From an uncultured Chloroflexia bacterium (GTDB taxonomy: Bacteria > Chloroflexota > Limnocylindria > Limnocylindrales > CSP1-4): a stretch of 64,000 nt of DNA. Location: positions 448,001 to 512,000 of the forward strand of contig CAVVYR010000007.1 of the NCBI GenBank assembly GCA_963752475.1, read 5' to 3'. This document shows, one piece after another, positions 8,976-20,497 of the stretch. How positions within the stretch are numbered: the stretch's first letter is position 1; every line of letters begins with the position of its first letter. The position numbers and the translations under genes were made by a program. The notes below the pieces were generated by a model. The model did no database searches and had not been told where the DNA came from. It was given only the letters and a program-made list of their open reading frames with translations.

Positions 8976-9120
8976 ATCCCCTGATGGCTGAACTCGACGA
9001 CATCGAAGGAGGAGTGCTGCATCTCAGCCTCCAGCAGGCTCGGATCGTCAGTCCCAGCCTCCACCGGGCTGAGACCGTGCAGGCAAGGCCCAGGCTGGTC
9101 GAGTTCAGCCAACTGGGGAT
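8976..9120. repeat. Dispersed hairpin element B, copy 1
   Basis: Inverted arms GGCTGAACTCGAC/GTCGAGTTCAGCC; ungapped match to 50177-50333. Confidence 0.88.
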
Positions 9121-9154
9121 TCCCGAGCCCATCCCGCTCGAGCGCGGGCCACGC

Positions 9155-9240
9155 TGGTGCCGAAGGTGGGATTCGAACCCACACACCCTTGCGAGTAGAG
9201 GTTTTTGAGACCTCCGCGTCTGCCATTCCGCCACTTCGGC
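9155..9240 (-). tRNA. tRNA-Leu(CAA)
   Basis: GCCGAAG acceptor, GAGGT-CTCAAAA-ACCTC anticodon arm, long variable arm, TTCGAAT T-loop, CCA end. Confidence 0.97.
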
Positions 9241-9399
9241 TCGCTCGCGGATTGTAGACCTCCACGGACGACGACCCCCATCGCCCCCGTGTAGACTCGC
9301 CACGACCTGCAGGGCACCGGGAGGGAGTCGTCGTGATCGACCGGAATCACGCCCGATACATGACCGTCACGTCCCGCTGCCAATTCGGAGGCGGCTGAG

Positions 9400-10398
9400 A
9401 TGCCGGCCATTCGCACGCCGAGGTTGAAGGTGCGACCAGTCCGACGGGGCCATGCGGCGTCGGTGACCCCCGAAGAGGTCATGCCCGAGCCGTCGGTCAT
9501 CGAGGCGAACGGGCTGCGCTGGATCCACATCCCCAAGCCGCGGCACTACGCGCAGGAGTGGCTCGAGCGCAACTTCGAGTTCCACCCCCTCGACTACGAG
9601 GACATCTACTCGCGCAACCAGCGCCCCAAGGTCGACCGCTACGACGACTACCTCTTCGTGGTGCTCCAGTTCCCGCGCTATGACCGCGACCGCGAGCGCC
9701 TCAACGTGGTGGAGCTCGACCTCTTCGTCGGTCCCGACTATGTCATCACCCTGCCCAACAACGATCTCGAGCCCATCGACTCGCTCTTCGCCCGCTGCTG
9801 GGAGAGCGACGAGGTACGTGAGGGCTACTTCGAGAAGGGCGCCCCCTTCCTGCTCTACAAGATCGTCGACCACGCCGTCGACGCCTCGTTCCCGATGCTG
9901 CGCAAGATGGGCCAGAAGATGGAGCGCATCGAAGACGACATCTTCGAGGGCAAGTCGGACGAGGTCGTGCGCGACATCTCCAACGCCAAGCAGGAGATCA
10001 TCACCTTCAGGCGTATCGTGCGGCCACAGCGCGTCGCCTTCCGCGACCTGGAGCGGGCCATGGACGTCGTCGCGCCCGAGGAGCTGGATGTCTACTTCGA
10101 CGACGTCATCGACGCCTCGGAGCGCATCTGGGACACCCTCGAGAACTACAAGGAGGTCATCGCCGGCCTGGAGGAGTCGAACGAGTCGATCATCAGCCAC
10201 CGCACCAATGACACCTTGCGCGTGCTCACCTCGATCACCGTCATCGTCCTGCCGCTGACCCTGCTGGCGAGCCTCTTCGGCATGAACGTCGTCTTCCCGG
10301 GGGAGGGCACCGGCCAGGCGTTCTGGCTGATCATGGGCGCCATGACCGCGGTGCTCGTGGGCATGGTCCTCCTCTTCCGTCGCCGCGGCTGGCTCTGA
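9400..10398 (+). CDS. corA: CorA-family Mg2+/Co2+ transporter
   Basis: FHPLDYED, QRPKVD and the GMN signature (LFGMN); two C-terminal TM helices. Confidence 0.93.
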   Translation: MPAIRTPRLKVRPVRRGHAASVTPEEVMPEPSVIEANGLRWIHIPKPRHYAQEWLERNFEFHPLDYEDIYSRNQRPKVDRYDDYLFVVLQFPRYDRDRERLNVVELDLFVGPDYVITLPNNDLEPIDSLFARCWESDEVREGYFEKGAPFLLYKIVDHAVDASFPMLRKMGQKMERIEDDIFEGKSDEVVRDISNAKQEIITFRRIVRPQRVAFRDLERAMDVVAPEELDVYFDDVIDASERIWDTLENYKEVIAGLEESNESIISHRTNDTLRVLTSITVIVLPLTLLASLFGMNVVFPGEGTGQAFWLIMGAMTAVLVGMVLLFRRRGWL

Positions 10399-10405
10399 CC
10401 TGACG

Positions 10406-10990
10406 ATGGACCGCGCGGCCGACAACGCCCGCGACCAGGCGCTCGTCGAAGCCGCGCTGGGAGGGGAGCTCGAGGCCTTCAACCAGCTCGTCGCGTCCTA
10501 CCAGGACTACCTCTATTCCATGACCGTGCGCGTGGTGCGCGACCAGGACATCGCGGAGGAAGCGGTACAGGAGGCGTTCTTCAGCGCCTATCGCAACCTC
10601 GAGCGCTTCAACGGACCGTCGTTCCGAGCCTGGCTCACGCGCATCGCCATCAACGCCGCGCGCGACCTGCTGCGCAAACGCAAGCGCCGCCCGAGCGAGC
10701 CCTATCCCGAATGGGAGGACGACTCCTGGCAGCCGCCGGCGCCGGAGTCCGAAGGTCCCGAGCAGGTCTCGTTGGCACAGCAGCAACGGGCAGCGATCGC
10801 GCGCTGCATGGAGGGCATCAGCGACGACCAGCGAGCGGCCATCGTGCTCTACGACGTGCAGGGCTACGGCTATCCGGAGATCGCAGCCATGACCGAGGTC
10901 AGCGTGGGCACGGTCAAGTCGCGCATCCACCGCGGGCGGCTGGCTTTGCGTGACTGCCTCGGGCCGCTGATGGAACTGTTCCGTGGGTAG
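10406..10990 (+). CDS. ECF sigma-70 factor
   Basis: AEEAVQEAF and FRAWLTRIAIN in region 2; EIAAMTEVSVGTVKSRIHRGR in region 4. Confidence 0.93.
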   Translation: MDRAADNARDQALVEAALGGELEAFNQLVASYQDYLYSMTVRVVRDQDIAEEAVQEAFFSAYRNLERFNGPSFRAWLTRIAINAARDLLRKRKRRPSEPYPEWEDDSWQPPAPESEGPEQVSLAQQQRAAIARCMEGISDDQRAAIVLYDVQGYGYPEIAAMTEVSVGTVKSRIHRGRLALRDCLGPLMELFRG

Positions 10991-10999
10991 GGACGTCTC

Positions 11000-12238
11000 A
11001 TGAGCGACATGAAACAGCGCCACGCCATGCCTCCCGCCGCTGACCACGAGCATCATGACTCGATGCTCGTGGGGCAGCTCGTGGCAGGTGACCAGCTCGC
11101 ACCGGAGCAGCAGGCGGAGGCCCAGCGTCTGGTCACGAGCTGCGGTGCCTGCGCGGCTCTGGCTGCGGACCTGCGTGTCGTCTCCGCGGCCGTGGCTCAG
11201 GAGCCCGTCCCGCCCCGGCGTCGTGACTTCCGGCTCTCGCCCGAGCAGGCCGAGGCCCTTTCGGGTAATCCCGTGACGCGCTTCCTGCGCCGGCTTTCGC
11301 TGCCCTCGGCCCGGGCCTTCCAGCCGGCCGCCGCCGGGGTGCTCTCCATCGGCCTCCTCTTCGTGGTCGCCGGCTACGCCTGGCCCGACGGCGGCACCAT
11401 CACCGTGCAGTCCGCACCCAACTACGTCGACTGGAGCCCGTCCGCCCCCGCGTCCGTGTCGGTGGAGCCCGACGCCGACGTGGCCCAGCCGCCGGCAGCG
11501 TCGGACGTGGATGATGGCGCCGCGGCGGGGGACACCGACGTCGACGCCGCCGCCGGGTTCTTCGAAACGCTGCCCGAGTCCCAGGCCGGCGACCTCGATC
11601 GTACCAGCCAGAAGTCCGTCGCCAGCGAGGCCGAGGCGCCAGAAGCCGGTGCGCTCGAGATGATGGTCGAGGAGTCGGTGTCGCCACGGGCGGCGGCGCC
11701 CTCGCCACCTGGCGATGAGGTTTCCGCGCGGGCGGCCGACGCTGACAGGGCCCCGGATGCGGCTCTCGGTGGTGCCCTCGGGGAGACCGCCGACGTCGTA
11801 ACCGAAGAAGCAGCCGAGGACTCCGAGTACCGGGCGCAAGACCCGGTGGATGCTGCATCCGTCGAGGAGAGCCTCGGTTCGAGCGATGCGCTCGACGGAA
11901 TCGCACAACTCGATGCAGTCACCGAGGAGCCTGCCAGCAGGCAGGATCCGGGGACCGTGGTATCCGAGCCGGAGGCCGAGATCGCACCCGGGGAGATCGT
12001 CTCGCCTGAGTCGGAGGCCACGATCGGAGCCACCGAGGATGACACGCTCGCTGCTGACGTCGTCCAGGCGCCCACCGACGAGACCGGGCTCACCACCGAG
12101 GCCGCGTCATCGCCCGCCGACGCGGTGCAGCTCGAGGACTTGCTGCTCGTGTTGGGCGGGCTGCTCGTGCTGAGCGGGGGTGGATTGCTGGTGTTGGGCT
12201 GGGTGGCGCGCCGAGCGAGGGACCCGCTGGCACCCTAG
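11000..12238 (+). CDS. Putative zinc-finger anti-sigma factor, membrane anchored
   Basis: Directly downstream of the ECF sigma gene; N-terminal His cluster and CGAC; TM helix, acidic low-complexity region and a C-terminal TM. Confidence 0.7.
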   Translation: MSDMKQRHAMPPAADHEHHDSMLVGQLVAGDQLAPEQQAEAQRLVTSCGACAALAADLRVVSAAVAQEPVPPRRRDFRLSPEQAEALSGNPVTRFLRRLSLPSARAFQPAAAGVLSIGLLFVVAGYAWPDGGTITVQSAPNYVDWSPSAPASVSVEPDADVAQPPAASDVDDGAAAGDTDVDAAAGFFETLPESQAGDLDRTSQKSVASEAEAPEAGALEMMVEESVSPRAAAPSPPGDEVSARAADADRAPDAALGGALGETADVVTEEAAEDSEYRAQDPVDAASVEESLGSSDALDGIAQLDAVTEEPASRQDPGTVVSEPEAEIAPGEIVSPESEATIGATEDDTLAADVVQAPTDETGLTTEAASSPADAVQLEDLLLVLGGLLVLSGGGLLVLGWVARRARDPLAP

Positions 12239-12258
12239 CGGCGGATCCGTGTCGCTCT

Positions 12259-12543
12259 TGTGGACGTCTGTCGTCTCCGTCGACCGTAGACCTGCTCGTA
12301 GCCACCGACGAAGCCGCCCGGCGGCCCACTGCCACAGCTGTTGAGCGTGGACGGGCATATCCGCTGACACTCAGTGCCGCGAAGCATCTGCATGGCAGGC
12401 CATCTGTGGGCCTACGGTCGACCTGGGCGACCGATGTCCACAGGAAGTGGCCTGAAGCGCCGATAGCGTCGGTGGGGGCGACGCGGGTCATGTGAGACGG
12501 CCCGACACGCCGATACCGTCGCCGGGGTCGACGCCTGGCCACA
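12259..12543. repeat. Dispersed palindromic element A, copy 2
   Basis: GTCG-N7-CGAC at 12270, 12417, 12468 and 12518; 31-bp inverted arms 12259-12289 and 12412-12442 (TGTGGAC...GTCCACA). Confidence 0.85.
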
Positions 12544-12643
12544 AGTGATCGCGCGATCGTGTTCATCGACCGAGAACATCCGCGCACGTCGCCGCACCCG
12601 CCCGTCCGCTCTGGCCGTCGCACCCACGGCTACACTCGGAGCC

Positions 12644-15520
12644 GTGGAACGACTCATGCTGCTCGACGCGCACAGCCTCATCTATCGAGCCTGGTTCGCG
12701 CTGTACGAGACCCCGCTGACGACGAGCAAGGGACAGCTCGTGAACGCGGCCTTCGGCTTCTGGTCCATCGTGCTGCGCGGGTTCGCCGACATGCAGCCGG
12801 ACCACGTCATCTGCTGCTTCGATGTCGGCCGCTCGTTCCGCGCCGACCGCTACGAGGGCTACAAGGCCACGCGCAAGCCCACGCCCGACGACCTGCGCGA
12901 CCAGTTCCCCATCGTGCGCGAGACGCTCGAGGCCTTCGGTATCCCGGTCTTCGCCATGGAGGGCTTCGAGGCCGACGACCTCATCGGCTCACTGTCGCGC
13001 CAGTCGGAGGACGAAGGTCTCGAGACGCTCATCGTCTCGGGCGACCTCGACATGCTCCAGCTGGTCACCGAGCAGACCAAGCTGATGACCACGCGCATGG
13101 GCGTGAACTCGACCGTCATCTACGATCCTGCTCGCATCGAGGAGCGATACGGCCTCGCGCCCGCACAGATGATCGACTTCAAGGCGCTCAAGGGCGACTC
13201 GACCGACAACATCCCCGGGCTCGCCGGGGTGGGCGACAAGACCGCGGCCAAGCTGCTCACCGGCTGGGGTTCGCTCGACGGCGTCTACGAACACATCGAC
13301 GAGGTCAAGCCCGACAAGCTGCGCCAGAAGCTCATCGACAACCACGACGACGTGAAGCTCTGGCGTGAGCTCGTGACCATCGACCGCGACGCTCCCATCG
13401 AACTGGACCTCGAGTCCGCGCGCCTGGGCGACTACGACCGGAACGAGGTCATCCGGCTCTTCCGCGAGTACGAGTTCCGCTCGCTCGTGGAGCGGCTGCC
13501 CGGCGTCGAAGGCGAGGACGCGCCGGCGCCTGGCGAGCTGCTCAAGGAGGCTGACAAGGGCGGCCCCATCCCAGCGGCACAGGTCGCCGGCCGGGCGCCC
13601 AAGGGGACGCCGTCGAAGGGAACTGGCAGCGGCCTGCAGCTGACCCTCGACTTCGGGGCCGTGGCCGGCGCTGCCGCCAAGATCGCGCAAGAGGTCGCGG
13701 GCGTGACCTCCACCGAGGGGCTCGACCCACTCGCACGCCTGACGGCGGTGCTGGCTGACCCTGCCATCGTCGAACCGCCGGCGGCGGTCGACGACCTCGA
13801 AGCCTGGCTGGCGGGCCAGTCGGAGCTCGTGGTCGGCGTCGTCTTCGATGACGCTCGGCCGCGTCGCGGCTCACCGGAGGCACTGGCTGTGGCCGGCGAG
13901 GACGGACGGATCATCGCTGCTGCCGGTGACCAGGCCCTGGAGCTGGGCGATGTGGTCTTTGCCTCCGGGCGGCCGCTCGTGGGCCACGAGATCAAGACGC
14001 TGCTGGTGTGGCAGCTGGCCCGACGCGATCCCGAGGCCACCTCCTCGCTGAGCTCGTCCGGCACATCGCTCTCGCCGGTGGCGTTCGACACGCAGATCGC
14101 GGCCTACATCCTCAACGCCGCCCTGCGCAGCCAGTCCCTGACGGACATCTGCGCCGAGCGCCTGGAGGTGACGTTGCCGGAGGCCGGCGAACTGGACCTG
14201 GCCGGCTCTGCCGCCGTGCAGGCTGCCGCCGTAGCCGCGGCACAGGAGGCGCTCGATACCGCCTTCGAGGAGCAGCCGGAGCTGCGGCGCATCCTCGACG
14301 AGCTGGAGCTGCCGCTGGTGACGGTGCTGGCGGACCTCGAGGCCACGGGCGTGGCCCTTGACCGCGGCTCACTCGATGCGCTGGCGGAGACCTTCGGCCA
14401 GACCATCGACCGATTGCAGGAGGACATCTACGCCTCGGTCGGCCACGAGTTCAACCTGGGCAGCCCCAAGCAGCTCGAACAGGTGCTGTTCTACGAGCTG
14501 GACCTGCCCAAGGGCAAGCGTACCAAGACCGGCTTCTCGACCGCGGCGACGGTGCTGGAAGGTCTGCGCGAGGCCCATCCGATGGTGCCCATGCTGCTCG
14601 ACTGGCGCGTCTACACCAAACTCAAGTCGACGTATGTCGATGCGTTGCCGACGATGATCGATGAGCGGACGTCGCGATTGCACACGACCTTCCAGCAGGC
14701 GGTGGCGTCGACCGGACGGCTCTCCTCGGCCGACCCGAACCTGCAGAACATCCCCGTGCGCAGCGAGCTCGGTCGCAAGATCCGCTCGGCCTTCGTGGCC
14801 GGTGGCGATGATCTCGTGCTGCTGGCCGCCGATTACTCGCAGATCGAATTGCGCGTCATCGCTCACGTCTCGGGCGATGAGCATCTCAAGGAGGCCTTCG
14901 AGCGGCGGGCCGACATCCACCGCGAGACTGCTGCGCGCGTGCTCCACAAGGAGCCCGCGGACGTCACCCCCGACGAGCGCTCGATGGCCAAGATGGTCAA
15001 CTTCGGGCTGGCCTACGGCATGAGCGACTACGGCCTGGCCACGCGCGCCGGCATCCCGCGCGACGAGGCTCGCTCGTTCATCGACTCGTACTTCGGGGCC
15101 TACGGCGGCATCAGCCGCTACATGGTCCACATCAAGCAGATCGCCGCCGAGCAGGGCTACGTCGAGACGCTGCTCGGGCGACGGCGCTGGATCCCGGAGC
15201 TGTCGGCCAGGAACGCGCAGCTGCGCCAGGCCGGCGAGCGCATGGCCATCAACATGCCCATCCAGGGCACCGCCGCGGACATCATGAAGATCGCGCTGAT
15301 CCGGCTGCACGAGCGCCTCTCGGCCGAGCAGGCGCCGGCGCGCATGCTGCTGTCGGTGCACGACGAGGTCCTGCTGGAGGTGCCGCGCGGCGATGTCGAG
15401 GTGCTGGCGCCGATCGTGCGCGAGGTGCTGGAGGGCGCGCTGAAGCTGGACGTTCCGCTCGATGTCGACGTCAAGGTCGGCGATGACTGGGAGTCGATGA
15501 CCCCGCTGGAGCACTCCTAG
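12644..15520 (+). CDS. polA: DNA polymerase I
   Basis: 5'-3' exonuclease motifs (LLDAHSLIYRA, FEADD, GDSTDNIPG); polymerase motifs DYSQIELR, KMVNFGLAYG and VHDE. Confidence 0.98.
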   Translation: MERLMLLDAHSLIYRAWFALYETPLTTSKGQLVNAAFGFWSIVLRGFADMQPDHVICCFDVGRSFRADRYEGYKATRKPTPDDLRDQFPIVRETLEAFGIPVFAMEGFEADDLIGSLSRQSEDEGLETLIVSGDLDMLQLVTEQTKLMTTRMGVNSTVIYDPARIEERYGLAPAQMIDFKALKGDSTDNIPGLAGVGDKTAAKLLTGWGSLDGVYEHIDEVKPDKLRQKLIDNHDDVKLWRELVTIDRDAPIELDLESARLGDYDRNEVIRLFREYEFRSLVERLPGVEGEDAPAPGELLKEADKGGPIPAAQVAGRAPKGTPSKGTGSGLQLTLDFGAVAGAAAKIAQEVAGVTSTEGLDPLARLTAVLADPAIVEPPAAVDDLEAWLAGQSELVVGVVFDDARPRRGSPEALAVAGEDGRIIAAAGDQALELGDVVFASGRPLVGHEIKTLLVWQLARRDPEATSSLSSSGTSLSPVAFDTQIAAYILNAALRSQSLTDICAERLEVTLPEAGELDLAGSAAVQAAAVAAAQEALDTAFEEQPELRRILDELELPLVTVLADLEATGVALDRGSLDALAETFGQTIDRLQEDIYASVGHEFNLGSPKQLEQVLFYELDLPKGKRTKTGFSTAATVLEGLREAHPMVPMLLDWRVYTKLKSTYVDALPTMIDERTSRLHTTFQQAVASTGRLSSADPNLQNIPVRSELGRKIRSAFVAGGDDLVLLAADYSQIELRVIAHVSGDEHLKEAFERRADIHRETAARVLHKEPADVTPDERSMAKMVNFGLAYGMSDYGLATRAGIPRDEARSFIDSYFGAYGGISRYMVHIKQIAAEQGYVETLLGRRRWIPELSARNAQLRQAGERMAINMPIQGTAADIMKIALIRLHERLSAEQAPARMLLSVHDEVLLEVPRGDVEVLAPIVREVLEGALKLDVPLDVDVKVGDDWESMTPLEHS

Positions 15521-15526
15521 CCAGCG

Positions 15527-16513
15527 ATGCCCGAGCTGCCCGAGGTCGAGACCATGGCGCGTGACCTCGCGCCCCTCGTCGAAGGCGCCACCATCGAAGG
15601 TGCCTGGTGGGACTGGGACAAGGTCGTGCGTTATCCCGACCACGAGGCCTTCGCGCGCGAGATCCGTGGCCGCCGGGTCGAGCGCGTCGACCGGCGGGCG
15701 AAGTGGTTGGTGCTCGACCTCACCGGCTCGCTGGTGCTTGCGGTGCAGGTGAAGATGACCGGTCAGCTCTTCGTGCTACCGGCAGGCACGGCTCACGACA
15801 AGCACGTCCACCTGCGCCTGACGCTCGACGGCGGACCGGTGGCCGGAGGCGGTCGTGTCGATGGTCCGCGCTGGTTGCTCTTCCGCGATGTGCGCAAGTT
15901 CGGCCGCGTGGGGCTGTACCGGCGAGCGGACGACGGCACCATCCTGGGTGAAGACGACGAGGGCGAGCTCTTCGGCGAGCATGGTCCGGAACCGCTCGAC
16001 GATGATTTCAGCGTGCGCCGGTTCCGCGATCGCCTGCGGCGCCGGCGAGGGCGGCTGAAGACGACGCTGTTGGATCAGTCCTTCATCTCCGGCGTGGGCA
16101 ACATCTATGCCGACGAGTCGCTGTGGCGATCTCGATTGCACCCCCTGCGCTCGGCCGACTCGCTCAACACCGACCAGGAGCGCCGGCTGTACGAGGCCGT
16201 GCGCGGGGTCATGGGCGAGGCCATCGAGCGGCGCGGTTCTTCGGTCGACGAGTACACCGCACCCGAGGGCGACGGCGCGATGCAGGAGCACCTCGACGTC
16301 TATCAGCGCACCGGGCTGCCGTGTCACCGATGCGGCCGGCCGATCCGTCGCTTCGAGCTCAACGCCCGTGGCACCCACTTCTGTTCCTGGTGCCAGCGAT
16401 TGCCTTCCGCCGATCGCACCGCCTCCAACCTCGCCCTCGCGCGCAGGTCACGTCGCTCGGCCCGTCGCGGCAGGAACTGGTCGGAGCTCGGTGGACCCGA
16501 GGCGGCGGAGTGA
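15527..16513 (+). CDS. mutM: Formamidopyrimidine-DNA glycosylase
   Basis: MPELPEVET N-terminus, GVGNIYADE and a C-terminal CxxC...CxxC zinc finger. Confidence 0.96.
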   Translation: MPELPEVETMARDLAPLVEGATIEGAWWDWDKVVRYPDHEAFAREIRGRRVERVDRRAKWLVLDLTGSLVLAVQVKMTGQLFVLPAGTAHDKHVHLRLTLDGGPVAGGGRVDGPRWLLFRDVRKFGRVGLYRRADDGTILGEDDEGELFGEHGPEPLDDDFSVRRFRDRLRRRRGRLKTTLLDQSFISGVGNIYADESLWRSRLHPLRSADSLNTDQERRLYEAVRGVMGEAIERRGSSVDEYTAPEGDGAMQEHLDVYQRTGLPCHRCGRPIRRFELNARGTHFCSWCQRLPSADRTASNLALARRSRRSARRGRNWSELGGPEAAE

Positions 16514-16528
16514 AGGCACACTAGAGCG

Positions 16529-18516
<1,988 letters not shown>

Positions 18517-18520
<4 letters not shown>

Positions 18521-19203
18521 GCGAGATGAACGAGCCAGGGCAGGGGATCATGCGTGACGGGCGGCCACTGATCATCGGGCTGACCGGCCCGATCGGCTGC
18601 GGCAAGTCGACCGTAGCCGCGATGCTCCGTGAGCTCGGCGGCAGCGTCATCGATGCGGACGCGCTGAGCCGTGACGTGACCGCCCCTGGGCAGCCGGCGC
18701 TGACGGCCATCCGCGATCGGTTCGGGGACGGTGTGTTCGAAGGGTCGGGCGTGCTCGATCGCGCCGCCCTGGGGACCGTCGTCTTCAGCGACCCTGACGC
18801 ACTGCGTGACCTCGAAGCGATCGTCCATCCAGGCGTGCGGTCGCTGGTGCAAGAGCGGTTCGAACGGGCCGCACGCGAGGGCGACCCCTTCGTGGTGGTC
18901 GAGGCCATCAAGTTGGTCGAGGGTGGCCTCGCGGAGCGCTGTGACGAGGTCTGGCTCGTCGAGTGCTCGGGCGCCGTCCAGCGTCAGCGCCTCGCGGGTC
19001 GCGGCATGAGCGACGATGACGTCGAGCGCCGCCTCGCTGCGCAGGGGACCGATCTGGCCGAGCGCCTGGCAACGCACGCCACGCTCCGCCTCGATACCAG
19101 CGGGCCCATAGAGAAGACCCGCGAGCGCGTCGAGGACGCACTCGCGGGTGTGCTTGCGCCGAGGTTCGGCGGCCCCATCTGGGGGCCGGTAGAGCGCCGC
19201 TAG
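18517..19203 (+). CDS. coaE: Dephospho-CoA kinase
   Basis: IIGLTGPIGCGKST, IDADALSR and LEAIVHP; ATGA overlap with the upstream gene. Confidence 0.95.
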
Positions 19204-20231
19204 GGAGCGGGCGTCTCCTCCAGCAGCGTGCCTTCGTCGGCCAGGCTGTCGTTCTCCTCGCCTTCGAGACCTTCGTCGGTCCCAGCATCATCGATGTCGA
19301 TCTCGATGATCTCGGGATCAGGCGACGGTGACGGCGAGGCGGTCAGGTCGAGGTATGGCTCGTTCGGGAACGGGGTGGGGAAGGCGATCGGCTGAGGGTA
19401 TTCCACGCCGTCGATCCGCTCGGGAATGGGGAAGTTGTAGCGCTCGAGTATCAGCTCGGTGGTCTCGCCGTAGTTCGAGCGGTCCACGTCGCGGGTGTCC
19501 GGAGCGGGTCGCAGGGCCAACGTGAACTGCGCGCCCTGGTTCTGGGCGTGAGCGATCTCCTCCGCCGTCTGCAGGTCGGCGCGGACGATGTATTCGCTGC
19601 TGTCCGCGGGGCGGTACAGGACCGGCATATCGAGCCACATGAGCTTGGTCGCGCTACCGCCGACGATGTAGTCGAGATCCGCGGCCGCGCCGCCGGGCTG
19701 GCCGGTCTCTGCGTCGACCGGCAGGCTCACGTTGGTGAAGGGGAACGTGGCGATGATGTCGACGCGCTGGCCGGCCGTGATCAGGCCGCCCACCGCGCGG
19801 TCGTTGGGCACGCTCATGCTGACGGCTCGCAACACCGGGGACTCGGGTGTGATGGGGTCGTCCGAGGGCAGGATATTGAGTGCGCCGGTGCCCTGCGCGC
19901 GGGCCAGCATGTTCGGCGTGATGGGCTGGTTCTCAAGGATGGGGATAGCCGCGACCTTGCTGGCGACCTCCTCACGCGTGGAGAAGGCGCTGGCGTTGGA
20001 GTCATCGAGCGGGACCTCGCGCAGTTCGATCATGTTCAGCTCGATCGTGGCACGGTCGGCGATAGGGGCAGAAGCTACGACGACCTCGCGCGTCGGCAAG
20101 ACGGTCTCTGGCTCTTCCTGGCCCTGGCTGCTGAGCATGAACGCGGCAGCACCGGCTCCGAGGGCGAGCAGTACTCCGACGACAAGAACCAGCGTTCGAC
20201 GCCGGCTGTTGTCCTTGAACTCCATCTCCAT
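19200..20231 (-). CDS. Flp pilus assembly protein CpaB-like (SAF domain)
   Basis: N-terminal TM, REVVVASAPI SAF-like domain, RAVSMSV...AVGGLITAGQRVDII and LALRP. Confidence 0.8.
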   Translation of the reverse strand: MEMEFKDNSRRRTLVLVVGVLLALGAGAAAFMLSSQGQEEPETVLPTREVVVASAPIADRATIELNMIELREVPLDDSNASAFSTREEVASKVAAIPILENQPITPNMLARAQGTGALNILPSDDPITPESPVLRAVSMSVPNDRAVGGLITAGQRVDIIATFPFTNVSLPVDAETGQPGGAAADLDYIVGGSATKLMWLDMPVLYRPADSSEYIVRADLQTAEEIAHAQNQGAQFTLALRPAPDTRDVDRSNYGETTELILERYNFPIPERIDGVEYPQPIAFPTPFPNEPYLDLTASPSPSPDPEIIEIDIDDAGTDEGLEGEENDSLADEGTLLEETPAP

Positions 20232-20450
20232 GGTGGCAGGCTCCTGTGCGCAAGTCGCGGGTCTATGGGACAGCTGGAGGACGCGCTGCGCCCTACCCGT
20301 GCAGCCGTCAGCATCCGTGCCGCCGACCGCACCTGCCATGGACCCATCGGGTAACGGTCCATAGGACTCTTTTCTGCCCTACACCCCACCAGACCGCCGT
20401 GGACGGCACAAGAATAGGACCCACAGACGGTGCCTGAGCGCCCGTCTGGT

Positions 20451-20466
20451 TCGAACACGCGTTCTG
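20451..20466 (+). promoter_or_regulatory. LexA (SOS) box upstream of uvrB
   Basis: TCGAAC-ACGC-GTTCTG is a perfect GAAC-N4-GTTC match, upstream of -10 TATCAT at 20484. Confidence 0.8.
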
Positions 20467-20497
20467 TTCGATCGCGATTCGGGTATCATCTCGACCC

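Noticed and set aside
8976-9120. Element B as an integron attC site (AAC...GTT arms)
   Set aside because: GCTGAAC/GTTCAGC deviates from RYYYAAC/GTTRRRY, the spacer region is fully paired, and there is no integron integrase or cassette array.
9290-9400. M-box (ykoK) riboswitch upstream of corA
   Set aside because: The leader can form hairpins, but the conserved M-box sequence blocks are not recognisable.
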